Positions 49,651-60,357 are shown, numbered from the stretch's first letter. The stretch is 64,000 nucleotides of DNA from Spirochaetota bacterium (GCA_963663865.1 OY760686.1:32001-96000), one strand, 5' to 3'. Notes: a model not told the origin generated them from the letters alone. A program made the numbers and translations.

Positions 49651-52600
49651 ATGAATATTCGAAGCCTGACCCTTTTGCTTTTAGCTGCCATGGCTATAAG
49701 CCTTACGTCCTGCAGCTGCTCGTCTGGTTCAGGCATAGACGATAAACCGGACTTGTCAACAACGGGAGGAATCGATAACCCGAACTGGGCCGAGACAGCC
49801 CTTACAGCCACTTCGCTCCCCCCGGCTCAGATTAACCCGGCGACAGCCAGCCAGTGCTGGATGTTCGCCAACACCATTCGCGCGAACGAGGCCTGGATTT
49901 TAAGCAGCGAAGAGCTCAGTTCATCTAAAGCGGCGGACCTCGCCAATGACATAGAGATGCGGGAAGACGGATGGCCGGCTAAACTGCCCGAAGGATGCTA
50001 CATGCGGCTCAGCAATGCCGGATATCCCACATCAGCTGATTCATCAACATGGCTTCACGGAGTCTGGGTCCTGACCTGGGAAGGCACCGGGTCTGTCGAG
50101 CTCCAGACATCAGTGAACAACGGAGAGGGCGAAACTACGCTGCTCTCAGAAGAAGGCCGTGTTATCAAGCTCATAACCACACCGCTCAAGTATCCGATTA
50201 TATTCGTCCATTCATCCGACCCAGGCGATCCGGTCCACAATGTATGCCTGTGGGCCCCTGAATATGACGGAGCAGGCCTGCACCTGACGGCATCATCCTC
50301 CCTTGAACCGGGACAGGTCGAGGGCAGCCTTGAGCCCGCTCCGGGAGAAACAGCGCCCCTCTTCCATCCTGCATATCTGGCCCACTTAAAAGAACCCGGC
50401 TCCGGGATTCCCCTGAGGATGATGGACTTCCTCAGGATCAACCTTGCCGAAGATGAGTGGCCGGACAGAAAGCTCAACTGGGACGACAGGGGGGACGCGT
50501 CATACAGCTTCTCGTCTCTTTCCGTGACCGACTCATCATGGACCCGGCACAATATATCGGGGTACCGGCAGACACTGGGCATGCCTTACGAGTGGCTGAT
50601 TGAGCTCTGCAACCAAACTGACAATGACCTGTGGATACAGGTCCCTCACACATGCTCGGAAGACCTCATCCGCGGACTTGCCAGGCTGATTGCCGGGAAG
50701 GAGTCTCATGAAGGTCTGAAAAGCACGCTGAGGGTGTGGTTCGAGTACTCAAACGAGATTTGGAACGGAGCCGGCGTCTATCTGCCTCAGTACAACTTCG
50801 CTGGATCGGTTGCCTCCGAAGAGTTCGGGGTTTCCGAATCGGAGCTCACGACTGCGCAGAGGGGATGGGCAGCCGGCTATCTTCAGGGCTGGGCTTTGGC
50901 GGTCTTTGAAAACGAGTGGGCTAAATGCGGGCAGACAGATGAGCGCCTGATCAATGTCGTCGCGGGCTTTGCCATGTCAGACGCCTACAACCTTGCGCAG
51001 ATACAGGCAGTAAAAGAGATCAACCCCTGCCTTCCGGAGACGCTCGCTATATCGAACTACTTCGGACACAGCGCCACATCCGAGATTTACGCTCTGCACG
51101 ACTGGGCCGCCTCTGACGGCATCAGCTGGCCTGAAAGCCTCATATCTCAAAGCAAGGCAGCACTCCAGAGAAACCTGTACGACACATACGCTTCATGGCA
51201 GGCCAACGCCCGGATGGCCTCGTCCGAAGGCGTTCATCTCGTGTCCTATGAAGGCGGACAGCACCTTACTCCGGTGGGCCTCGGACACAGCGACGACACT
51301 GACTTCCAGAAGTTCATGGGATTTCTGTCCATGCTTCAGACACACAGCGTCATGTATGAACTTTATACCGAGCATTACGCGCTATGGACAGCCGCAGGCG
51401 GTCGCACTGTAAGTCTTTTTGTGGATATCGGCCCGCACAGCTACTGGGGCTACTGGGGCGCGAAAAAGCTCGTCACGGATACAGCCGCCGACTCGGTCAA
51501 ATGGAAGTCCTTTATCGACTGGCTTGATACCATGCGGGGAGTCAGGGCGCTTAACGACGCGAAGGGCACATCTCCATCCCTGCCTGATGTCACGTTCAGG
51601 GCTGAAGCCGGCATTCCCTTCAGCGCTCAGATAACTCCCGAAAGCGGAGACGGAACTGTGACTGTTGAGCTTATCGGCGGAGAGCTTCCTGCGGGCATTA
51701 GCTTTATCAGCGGACAGGGATCGGCGTCCATCACAGGAACGCCGGCATCATCCTCATTTTCGAGATTCGCCGTTAGGGCGCTCGACGCTGATGGAGACCC
51801 CGACTACATGGTCTTCTCGTTGACTGTCGATCCTGCCGGCATGAGCGCCAATGCCATTGTCCGATTCAACGGTGAGGACATCCCATCCACCGTTCATGCA
51901 GACGGCTCTACCAATGGCAGGTACGACCCGTCGCGAGATTCTGAGTATATAGGAGAATACGGAGAGACACTCTGCGTTCCCTTTACAGTCGAAGAAGGAA
52001 CCTGGCTCTTCGGAGACGAGTACACTGACAGCTCTACGGCCGGCGGAGGCTTCATATCGCCGGAAAGCGGCTGCAACATGTACGGAGGATGGAGCGTCAC
52101 CCAGACATCAGGCCCATCCATTGAATCATGCCAGACATCGTACACATCACTCAGACAGAACAGGTTTATAAGCTGGAGCGGCGCCAACTTCGACGGCATC
52201 GGAGCGCCAACCGAGCTCAACGTATTCCTTGCATGGAAAAAAGAGCAGTTCAACTCCTTCACCGGCAGCGAGGTGTACGCCTTCGGGGACAGCCCGGAGA
52301 CATCGACTTTGAGGATTGACTTCACTGACCTGATAAGCGACGGCAGCAATGAGATCCGCTTCGCAGTCCTCAACCGGGAAAACGGCTCCGATGTATGGTA
52401 CGTATCAGAGGCCTCATACGATGAAAGCTACATCGGTGACGGCTATATTGAGGTAAGCGGCTTTAACGGCTCTTCGGAGGAAGGCAAGCGATGGGCCCCA
52501 ATTAGCCCCGAACCGTACTCCTTTGGAATCCCCGATTCCGATGAGCTGGCATTCGGCCCGAAGAGCTTTGACGACATTCAGGCCGTAGGGATAATGTACA

Positions 52601-52671
52601 GAGGTTCAAGAGCGGGCTATCACTACAGCTTCGGCTTCAACAGGTTCGCTGCCCTGGCAGCTATAAAGTAG
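49651..52671 (+). CDS. Large lipoprotein with putative clan GH-A-like catalytic domain and Ig-like (He_PIG) domain
   Basis: Lipobox LTSC; LRMMDF, GMPYEWLIELCN, WFEYSNEIWN, SYEGGQHL; GELPAGISF...ITGTP Ig module. Confidence 0.65.
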   Translation: MNIRSLTLLLLAAMAISLTSCSCSSGSGIDDKPDLSTTGGIDNPNWAETALTATSLPPAQINPATASQCWMFANTIRANEAWILSSEELSSSKAADLANDIEMREDGWPAKLPEGCYMRLSNAGYPTSADSSTWLHGVWVLTWEGTGSVELQTSVNNGEGETTLLSEEGRVIKLITTPLKYPIIFVHSSDPGDPVHNVCLWAPEYDGAGLHLTASSSLEPGQVEGSLEPAPGETAPLFHPAYLAHLKEPGSGIPLRMMDFLRINLAEDEWPDRKLNWDDRGDASYSFSSLSVTDSSWTRHNISGYRQTLGMPYEWLIELCNQTDNDLWIQVPHTCSEDLIRGLARLIAGKESHEGLKSTLRVWFEYSNEIWNGAGVYLPQYNFAGSVASEEFGVSESELTTAQRGWAAGYLQGWALAVFENEWAKCGQTDERLINVVAGFAMSDAYNLAQIQAVKEINPCLPETLAISNYFGHSATSEIYALHDWAASDGISWPESLISQSKAALQRNLYDTYASWQANARMASSEGVHLVSYEGGQHLTPVGLGHSDDTDFQKFMGFLSMLQTHSVMYELYTEHYALWTAAGGRTVSLFVDIGPHSYWGYWGAKKLVTDTAADSVKWKSFIDWLDTMRGVRALNDAKGTSPSLPDVTFRAEAGIPFSAQITPESGDGTVTVELIGGELPAGISFISGQGSASITGTPASSSFSRFAVRALDADGDPDYMVFSLTVDPAGMSANAIVRFNGEDIPSTVHADGSTNGRYDPSRDSEYIGEYGETLCVPFTVEEGTWLFGDEYTDSSTAGGGFISPESGCNMYGGWSVTQTSGPSIESCQTSYTSLRQNRFISWSGANFDGIGAPTELNVFLAWKKEQFNSFTGSEVYAFGDSPETSTLRIDFTDLISDGSNEIRFAVLNRENGSDVWYVSEASYDESYIGDGYIEVSGFNGSSEEGKRWAPISPEPYSFGIPDSDELAFGPKSFDDIQAVGIMYRGSRAGYHYSFGFNRFAALAAIK

Positions 52672-52813
52672 ACAACACGGGCAGCTTTCTCCCCGCCGGG
52701 GATAAGCTGCTCTTCATTACAGGTACGTTTTCCTGTGGATAATTATCCTCAGGTTATTACCCTATGTTTTCAAGCTGTGTTCGAAGTGAAAATCATCTTA
52801 AAAAGGATATGCT

Positions 52814-53424
52814 ATGGATTTAAAAAACAGAATTCCCGCAGCGCTGCTGATTACAGAGCTCTTTATGCTCACCGCCTCCCTTATCCTCGCCCGCGAAAAG
52901 CTGACCTGGATACTTGAGGTATTCCCCATAATCGCGGGCCTGCCGATACTCATTTTCACCTACAGACGGTTCAGGCTCACGTCGTTTCTATATGTACTAT
53001 TGCTGTTGCATTCTCTTATCCTCATAACGGGGGGATATATACTTACGCGGAGGTTCCACTCGGCTTCTGGATGCAGGACTGCTTCGGCTTCGTCCGCAAT
53101 CACTACGACCGAATAGGGCACTTCGCTCAGGGCTTCTTCCCCGCGATTCTGATTAGAGAGTTTCTGCTCAGGAAGTCGCCTCTCAAACGCGGCCGGCTTC
53201 TCGCTTTCATTACTTTATCAATATGCCTTGCCATAAGCGCAGCCTATGAGCTCCTGGAGTTCGGATACACACTTTCAATCGGAGAATCCGCGGAAAGCTT
53301 TCTTGGCACCCAGGGTGATGTCTGGGACGCACAGTGGGACATGCTCTTCGCGTCCGTCGGGGCTGTGTGTTCTCTTGCGTTATTATCAGGGATACATGAC
53401 AGGTTTTTGCGGAATACTGACTGA
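52814..53424 (+). pseudogene. DUF2238 (YjdF-like) membrane protein, frameshifted at a G6 run
   Basis: Frame 1 TWILEVFP...LITGG continues in the -1 frame as IYTYAEVPLGFW...RNHYDRIGHFAQG...FLGTQGDVWDAQWDM; G6 at 53029-53034 where G7 would restore the frame. Confidence 0.85.
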
Positions 53425-53508
53425 GGCGCTCTGGATGCTGATGCAAAATAAAACCCCGGGAGTTACATCCCCGGGGCATGCTGCTATTAGCCTGAAATTT
53501 TCAAGCTG

Positions 53509-54534
53509 TTATCTCTTTTGCAAGAATTGCCATTTTAAGCCTTCGACCTCAGGCGACATGGAATTCATAAGCTTTGTTTCTGTTGAGGATGTATTCTCAT
53601 CAATGAACCATGACCATCCCGCAGGAAACAGAATATTATCGGCGGTGAATGTTCTTGCTTCTGTTTCAATGGCAACCTTATAAAACTCCTCAGCTTCTTC
53701 TACTGTACCGTCAACTCTAAAGTCGCTGGTGGAGTACATCAGCACTGCATTCCTGGCAGGATATGTGAGTTCGCCCTCATCGTTGTAAACAGCGTCAGTG
53801 TATTGTACACTTGTTGCAGTATTGTTTGCAGAATCATATATCCTGAAGGATACCCTATTTTTAGTCTCAAATGTTATCGAGGTATAAACATCGCCCGTCT
53901 GAGTGAGAGAGAAAGTGGACCACTCATCGGCAGTATTCTGGACAAGGTTACCCTGCTCGACAGACTCAAGCAGTGTGAGCGTAAATGACCCGTCCGATGA
54001 AATCTCGACTTTATCAGTAATCGTGACAGTCGGGGCAATCACTTTAGACAAATCCGAATAATTGTAATATAAAGCGACGATGTAAAAGGTTTCATCGATT
54101 GCGGCAGACTTTGTTTCATAGGACGTGTACGACGCGAGAAAATCGCTCCAGCCTTCTATTGTGCCGCTGATAGTGTTAAAAGCCGGCCTCTCGGCATTCG
54201 ATACAGTAACAGTATAAACCGCTGTAGTTCCATCCTCTGCGGTTACGGTAAACGATACCGGAGAGCTGAAATCAGTTACAGACGCCGGATCAGGATTAAT
54301 TGAAACCCCATTGTGCGACACTGACGGGGTTACAGATGACAGCTCTGTACCGTAAGGAAACACCACAGAAATTGATGTTCCATCGATTGTAATTTCCGCC
54401 CCATCAATCGAAAAAGACGTAATTTCTTTTGAACTTTCCGTTTGCGGAACAGTCGAACCTTCATCAGAGTCATCACATGAAATGAAAGACAAAACAAGGA
54501 AAAGCCCTGCGAACGCTGCGTAAAATTTTTTCAT
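53509..54534 (-). CDS. Lipoprotein with Ig-like (DUF5018-type) domain
   Basis: Lipobox FISC; KEITSFSI...DFSSPVSFTVTAEDGTTAVYTVTVS. Confidence 0.8.
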   Translation of the reverse strand: MKKFYAAFAGLFLVLSFISCDDSDEGSTVPQTESSKEITSFSIDGAEITIDGTSISVVFPYGTELSSVTPSVSHNGVSINPDPASVTDFSSPVSFTVTAEDGTTAVYTVTVSNAERPAFNTISGTIEGWSDFLASYTSYETKSAAIDETFYIVALYYNYSDLSKVIAPTVTITDKVEISSDGSFTLTLLESVEQGNLVQNTADEWSTFSLTQTGDVYTSITFETKNRVSFRIYDSANNTATSVQYTDAVYNDEGELTYPARNAVLMYSTSDFRVDGTVEEAEEFYKVAIETEARTFTADNILFPAGWSWFIDENTSSTETKLMNSMSPEVEGLKWQFLQKR

Positions 54535-54781
54535 ACGTTTAATACACCTCTTGGTTGATATAATTGTCTATAATATATTATGTAGAAATCCGACTATTGG
54601 ATGTCAAACATAAATATCTTTAATAGTGCTATTTATTACATTTTTGACATTTTATTAACATGTTTTTAACATTATTGTTAAATTTCGCATGTTTTTTCCA
54701 AACGTCGCCACTGATTGTCTACGTTATAAGGAATCAGACAGAGTACGTGCTCAAGGCAGGAGTTTAGAGGTATGATTTACA

Positions 54782-55040
54782 AACCACGAAATGCACTAAA
54801 TTCACGAAGCAATTCCCGTTTTCATTTTCGTGTCCTTCCGTGTCTTCCGTAGTTCAAATCTTCACCAATTTATTGCATGCTTCTGTTGTAATTTCTCTAA
54901 CCAGGAAAGACTCAAAATTCACAAAATGATTTCCCTCTCCCCTTTTCGTGTCCTTTCGTGTTTTTCGTGGCTCATATTTTTAGATTCTCTATTTTTTCCC
55001 AGGTTTTCCGTGACTTTCCGTTGTTCAACTCTTCTCAGAT
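54782..55040. repeat. Cluster of imperfect palindromic CCACGAAA...TTTCGTG units
   Basis: Two full units and one half unit of AACCACGAAA...TTCACGAA...TTTTCGTGTCCTTTCGTGTTTTTCGTGG; 54859-54974 is repeated at 60232-60346. Confidence 0.75.
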
Positions 55041-55041
55041 T

Positions 55042-56256
55042 TCAAGTCAACTCCCGGGAGCTAATTTTTTTTATAAACTCTGTTGGGGTCATTCCAGTAT
55101 GCTTTTTAAAAGCCCTGTTAAATGAAGCTTTGGAATTAAAGCCGACTTTATAGGCAGCGTTGAGCAAATTTATTCCTGAATCTTCCCTAAATATCTCAAT
55201 TATTGACCTGACTCGATGCTCATTAACATATTCAATAAATTTCTTTTTGATTATTGAGTTAAGCAAAAATGACAGTACATTTTTATTTACTGAAAGATAC
55301 TCCGACATCATCTCCATAGTAAGCTCAGAATCAGTGTAGATTTTATCAACGCTCATCAGCTTTTCAAGACGGGCGATAATCAAATCAGCCTTTTCCTTAG
55401 AAATTTTAATGTGACTGTATTTATCAATTTTACCGGTTTCTCCTGATATTAATCTGTCTGCACTGTAATATATTTCCGGTTGAAACATCACCTTGTATCC
55501 CAAAAATACTATTACAAAGGAATAAATGTTTCCGCTAAAAAAATTGTCTGGATCTATTTTTAAATGCATATTGATATTGAACAGCTTAATAATTACAATA
55601 TTTAACATCAATGCCAGAAAAGCAGCAAACATGATATTTGCCGAATATTTAATCCACTTTAAATTCATCATCTGTTTTTTTGTAATTGCACAACTCCTCT
55701 TTCGCCGTAAAAGAATCATGATTTTTATGTAATACACTATTCCAACAGTATGAATTAAATTTAGTATTATAATCAATATGTATTTATGATCAAATTCCAG
55801 AGTCATGAAGTGAATTTTTTTGCCGTCTGCAACCAGCTGATATGACGCAATATAGGCTTCATATGCAGGATAAAGAAGCACAAAAAAAGCAGCTATCCCG
55901 GGAATCAGATGCTTCAATGAATAATTTCGCAATCCGGTCTTTTCGGAATATATGTTTACCGCATAGATATAGAGCGCAGGAAAGATCATTAAACTAAACG
56001 AAAGATCCGGGCAGACAGCCAGAATCAGCAATGGATTACTGGTTATAAATCCAATTCTGACAAGGCCATTGCACAGTACAACGACTGATATTATCAGCAT
56101 AAACAATGACAGGTAAAGATTCGCATTAACATTTTTTCTTTTTTTAAAGAAAAGAAACGCGAACAGAAATCCCTGAATCATTCCGAGAAAGCTGATTGAT
56201 ACTCCCAAATATCTACCAGGCATATGACATCCTCTTTCTTTGGCGGGATTGTACAA
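55042..56256 (-). CDS. Membrane-anchored AraC-family regulator (cassette 3)
   Basis: TM N-terminus (ANLYLSLF, FPALYIY, KHLIP); KIYTDSEL...GFNSKASFNRAFKKHTGMTPTEF. Start may be MPGRY at 56223. Confidence 0.9.
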   Translation of the reverse strand: MYNPAKERGCHMPGRYLGVSISFLGMIQGFLFAFLFFKKRKNVNANLYLSLFMLIISVVVLCNGLVRIGFITSNPLLILAVCPDLSFSLMIFPALYIYAVNIYSEKTGLRNYSLKHLIPGIAAFFVLLYPAYEAYIASYQLVADGKKIHFMTLEFDHKYILIIILNLIHTVGIVYYIKIMILLRRKRSCAITKKQMMNLKWIKYSANIMFAAFLALMLNIVIIKLFNINMHLKIDPDNFFSGNIYSFVIVFLGYKVMFQPEIYYSADRLISGETGKIDKYSHIKISKEKADLIIARLEKLMSVDKIYTDSELTMEMMSEYLSVNKNVLSFLLNSIIKKKFIEYVNEHRVRSIIEIFREDSGINLLNAAYKVGFNSKASFNRAFKKHTGMTPTEFIKKISSRELT

Positions 56257-56286
56257 AGGAAAAAAAACGATCTGGTTAATAATATC

Positions 56287-56320
56287 AAAAAAACTCCCCG
56301 CACATTGCCGGGAGTTTTTT
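56287..56320 (-). terminator. Terminator after GH3 copy 3
   Basis: AAAAAACTCCC...GGGAGTTTTTT with poly-A/T on both sides. Confidence 0.75.
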
Positions 56321-56356
56321 ATAAACTCAATAACTAAGAAAATTTACTTTTAAAAT

Positions 56357-58492
56357 CTAATCTTGATATGTTGACCCTGTACCGGCTTCATAAGAAGGTT
56401 TAAGCGTATCGTCTGCAACTTCTTCAAATGAAGCTTCTATAAACTCATTTGAAGAAGGAATTTCAAACGGCATAATTCCCGTTGGCTTTAAACCATCCTT
56501 GCTAAACAGAATATCCAGCAGGGCATTATCAGTACATCCAAACGAATAGAACAGAGCGTCAATCTCAGCAATATACTCGCTTACAACAGACGGAGAACTA
56601 TTGACAACAACCACTATTTTAGTAGAAGAACCGGCATTGTCAATTGCAATTCTTGCATTCTGAATTTTTTCAAGTGTACTTGAAATATTTGAAGCAACCT
56701 GAACCCCGTTATAGACATTACCCATTGGATCGGTATAGTCGGCAGGAATTACGCCAAACTCTACATCAGGATTGGTGTCAATGTACTGAAGAGACCTGCT
56801 CTGTGCGCCTCCAAATCCGCCTTCCCCTGGATATGAGGAGAAACTTGGAGCTGACAATCTGAAAACCGCGAAATCGGCCAGCTCTGGAGACGCGACAGAT
56901 GTTGCTCCATACTCAGCTAACAATGGAGCTCCCTCTGGATCAGTGGATTTTATACTCCCATCATAGTACACAGATGAAGAAGCCGGAATTGGAAGAACTG
57001 GATAATTAATCGTTGTCCAACCGCTTTGAACTGAGGTTCCGTTTTTAAGGCAAACTATGGATTTGTGCATTGCATCAAAACCAGCTTCCTCATTTTCCGC
57101 ACTGTTGCAAATGCTTACGGCCTTGCTCGCATCAATATAGGGATTTTCAAATATACCCAGAGCAAAATACTGCTTCAGAATATTATTACACGCCCTATCC
57201 AACGCGTCTTCTGCAAGATATCCATCAGTAACAGCCGCAAGGATATCATCAATAGTACCATGGTTGCCAAGCTGATCCAGACCGGCTCCAACAGCCTTGC
57301 CGATTCTCTGTTTAAGAGAGAATCCTTCAACACCCCAGTCCATGCCGCTTGCGGTAGCGTTAAAAAGTCCCCAGTCGGCGGTATAAAAGCCTTCAAATCC
57401 AAGTTCATCCCGGCCCAGCTCGGTCATAATATCTTTATTATAGCCGGCGCCAACCATCTCAAAATCCATGTTCACGTAAATACCATAACATGGCATACAG
57501 GCTGCGGCATGAGCTTCAGAAAAAGCCCTTCTGAAAGGAAGAAGATGATCCTCAAACGTTTTATCAGAAACTACAATATTCCGTCCCATTCTTCCATGAG
57601 CGTCATATCCTTTCCATTCAGCCCCATGACCGGGAAAGTGTTTAACAGCGCAAATAACGCCCTGAGGAGTAAGCTTATCACCGCCCTGGAAGCCCTTAAT
57701 GTATTGAACAACATTTTCGGCAGCCACATCTTTGTTTGATCCGAACGTTCCCGTTACCCTGCTCCAGCGGAGTTCTGTTGCAATATCAGCCATTGGTGAA
57801 AGAGTCATTCTGATACCGTTAGCCTTTAGCTCCTCTCTTGCAATCTCGGCAAAATCCCTTGTTATTTTTGGATCGTTTATGGCTCCAAAACCAATCTGAT
57901 TCGGCCATAATGACAGGTTGCCGGTTGTATTTGAATTGCTTCCATGAAGAGGATCGGCGCTAACAACATAAGGAATTCCAAGGCCAGTTGACCCGTCATC
58001 CCTAAGAGCCCCTTCGCATATCTGCTGCAGGCTGTTCGTAAAAGTTGCTGTCTGCTCTGGGCCGGAGCTCAATCTGATTAATCCATATCGCCTGTGAAGG
58101 GTTGTGATAGCGATGTAATCATTGTGTGTCTCCGGTATAAGTCCGTCAGCCGTAACAGAGCCTGAAAGTCCGGGAGCATTAATAAACCCGACTTTCTCGT
58201 TAAGGTTCATTTTTCCAACAAGGTCTTCGGCCCTTTCACTAATTGAGAGCCTCCAGTCCTCGTACGCATCCAGCGAGCCGTTACCATTTGAATCCTTAAA
58301 GTTATAACCTTCGACAGTAATAACTGATTTCCCGGTTCCTTCCCGCACCCCGATAACCGGCTGAACCAGATTGCCAGCCTCATCGCAATAAATGCTCTCG
58401 CAACCGGCTGCGGCCTCATCTTTTTTCCCCTCATCATCTCCACACGCGTAGAAAGCAGAAACGATAAAGAGTAATGTCAGAATTTTTTTCAT
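56357..58492 (-). CDS. Glycoside hydrolase family 3 lipoprotein (cassette 3)
   Basis: Start MKKILTLL at 58492 behind GGAGGAG; lipobox FYAC-GDDE; KDSNGNGSLDAYEDW; LRWSRVTGTFG; KHFPGHG; MPCYG; TADWG. Confidence 0.92.
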   Translation of the reverse strand: MKKILTLLFIVSAFYACGDDEGKKDEAAAGCESIYCDEAGNLVQPVIGVREGTGKSVITVEGYNFKDSNGNGSLDAYEDWRLSISERAEDLVGKMNLNEKVGFINAPGLSGSVTADGLIPETHNDYIAITTLHRRYGLIRLSSGPEQTATFTNSLQQICEGALRDDGSTGLGIPYVVSADPLHGSNSNTTGNLSLWPNQIGFGAINDPKITRDFAEIAREELKANGIRMTLSPMADIATELRWSRVTGTFGSNKDVAAENVVQYIKGFQGGDKLTPQGVICAVKHFPGHGAEWKGYDAHGRMGRNIVVSDKTFEDHLLPFRRAFSEAHAAACMPCYGIYVNMDFEMVGAGYNKDIMTELGRDELGFEGFYTADWGLFNATASGMDWGVEGFSLKQRIGKAVGAGLDQLGNHGTIDDILAAVTDGYLAEDALDRACNNILKQYFALGIFENPYIDASKAVSICNSAENEEAGFDAMHKSIVCLKNGTSVQSGWTTINYPVLPIPASSSVYYDGSIKSTDPEGAPLLAEYGATSVASPELADFAVFRLSAPSFSSYPGEGGFGGAQSRSLQYIDTNPDVEFGVIPADYTDPMGNVYNGVQVASNISSTLEKIQNARIAIDNAGSSTKIVVVVNSSPSVVSEYIAEIDALFYSFGCTDNALLDILFSKDGLKPTGIMPFEIPSSNEFIEASFEEVADDTLKPSYEAGTGSTYQD

Positions 58493-58596
58493 AAAAAAAT
58501 TCCTCCTCCTAAAATAGTTTTTATAAATACGCTTCACTGAATCCACGATTGTTATCCTGGAAATATATCAGATATTAGCGGATTTATTCCTTAACT

Positions 58597-59811
58597 CTAA
58601 CTGCCTGAAGAAATATGATTATCTTTACCTTCTGGAATGAAGAAGTAATAATCATTATCATTAGATTTGCGCTGATATGTTCTCACAAGATCACTGGAAA
58701 CTTCGCCGTAACCAGCATTGCTGATCACGATTTTATATATCAGCCACAGTATTGAGTATTCAACCTGCCACATAGCTCTTCTCGAACCGTATCGAATTCG
58801 ATGTTTCCTGAAGATTTGTACCAGTTCAGCATTCTCGAAATGCAGCACTGACATCGCCGCACTTGACAGAGCTCTCTTCAACCACCTGTTTCCGCTTTTG
58901 CCAATAACACCGTCATCAATTTCATCATCAGTTGCGGAGAAGGGCCAGACACCAGTCCATGCGGCCAGCATTCCGATCGAAGTGAATCTTGTAAGGTTAA
59001 AACCTATCTCAGCGAGTATGTTCTCCGCGGATCTCCTGAATAACCCGGGAATTCGCATTACAGGAAAAACTATTTCCCTGTAATAATTCAGATTATCATT
59101 TTTATTCTTTTCTATCTGATCCATAACATGGCGCATTCGTTTTTGTGATTCTTTTATCTCAGATAGTATGGTCTCGAGGATGAACCTCTGATGATTTGAA
59201 AAACTCCAGCCCAATAAATTATTGCTTAATAATCTCTTTGTATAAAATGTATTCCCGGTCATCTCTGCCCATATCTGATCAATGTTACTGTAAGCTGAAG
59301 GTTTAACACCGCATTCAGCTAAAAAAGTTTGGAACCTGTTGGTCTGCACAGCCAGCAGATCACATATACTTTCACGCAAGCGGGTTAAATCTCTCAATTC
59401 CCTGGTAAACGCGTCAGGTACATATCGCTTTTTAAGCTGTCCATACTGATGCATCTCACTCAGACAATCAGAGATATTCACGGGTTCTCTCGTACCCAGC
59501 TTTTTCAAAAGATCGTCTTTATTTGTAAGAAGAAGATCATATTCTTTTTCGAGTCTGTCCCATATTGGCCTCCACGACAAACCATCAGATACAACAGCTA
59601 TCTGATCAATCTTATGCATCTTAAGCGATTTGCTTATTCCTTTTACAGCTTCAGGGATTAATGAGTAATGATATGTTTCTTTGAACAAAGATCCATCATC
59701 GGACATCTTTCTGATCGTTGCCATAACACCGGCCTTCTCAATGCTCAGACCGCACACTGATCTGTTAACAACTTCCATAACCTGTGTTCCTAATAACGTA
59801 TGGACTTTCAT
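58597..59811 (-). CDS. IS110-family recombinase homologue, catalytic residues absent (copy 4)
   Basis: MEVVNRSVCGLS (likely start 59778), WRPIWDRLE, RELRDLTRLR, HQRFIL, IPGLFRRSAENILAEIGFNLTRF...AWTGVWP, GNRWLKRAL..AA. Confidence 0.85.
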   Translation of the reverse strand: MKVHTLLGTQVMEVVNRSVCGLSIEKAGVMATIRKMSDDGSLFKETYHYSLIPEAVKGISKSLKMHKIDQIAVVSDGLSWRPIWDRLEKEYDLLLTNKDDLLKKLGTREPVNISDCLSEMHQYGQLKKRYVPDAFTRELRDLTRLRESICDLLAVQTNRFQTFLAECGVKPSAYSNIDQIWAEMTGNTFYTKRLLSNNLLGWSFSNHQRFILETILSEIKESQKRMRHVMDQIEKNKNDNLNYYREIVFPVMRIPGLFRRSAENILAEIGFNLTRFTSIGMLAAWTGVWPFSATDDEIDDGVIGKSGNRWLKRALSSAAMSVLHFENAELVQIFRKHRIRYGSRRAMWQVEYSILWLIYKIVISNAGYGEVSSDLVRTYQRKSNDNDYYFFIPEGKDNHISSGS

Positions 59812-59848
59812 GATTTTCTGGCCGAGAATACTCTCAACTTTCGCACTT

Positions 59849-59876
59849 GTCGCCTCATCCTATGTTTTAATACCAT
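59849..59876 (-). promoter_or_regulatory. Conserved cassette motif (copy C)
   Basis: GTCGCCTCATCCTATGTTTTAATACCAT aligns without gaps to copy B as GTCG.CTCAT..TA.......ATACCAT. Confidence 0.55.
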
Positions 59877-60231
59877 GTTTATGGATGTTTTGTTGTGTTG
59901 GAATATTTACTGCACAATTCGGCGGGTTGAGGATGGTGAAAAATGAGGGGATTACATCGACACCTGTGACAAAGGAAGATTATCGTGTCAGAAACATCGT
60001 CTGTACCGCTGATTAAACTGATTTAATAATTTCAGATATTTTATTCTTCGCTAATTGCCGTTGGGAATGAAAATCGGCACAACAAATTATTTTACTACTG
60101 ATCCCGTTATTTCAATATCCAGGCTTTGCTACAACGAATTGTTTCAAACATCGTATCGAGGGTAATATGAAGTTTTGTAGATTGACCAATGCTACGATAA
60201 AGATTTTCTCCAGCTGTTTCCGGGACTCGAC

Positions 60232-60357
60232 TCTTCACCAATTTATAGCAAGCTATTGCTGTAATTTCTCTAACCACGAAAAACACCAAACTCACGAAAT
60301 GATTCCCTTTTTTATTTTCGTGTCCTTTCGTGTTTTTTGTGGTTCAACTCTTCTCCG
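60232..60357. repeat. Second copy of the palindromic repeat block
   Basis: TCTTCACCAATTTAT...TGTAATTTCTCTAACCACGAAA...TTTTCGTGTCCTTTCGTGTTTTTTGTGGTTCAACTCTTCTC. Confidence 0.75.

Noticed and set aside
54782-55040. CRISPR array
   Set aside because: Units are long, degenerate palindromes without regular unique spacers, and no cas genes are present. The 11-bp array at 62062 has no spacers either.
54830-55153. ORFs 54830-55153 and 60167-60361 that resemble each other
   Set aside because: The similarity comes from the non-coding DNA repeat they span.
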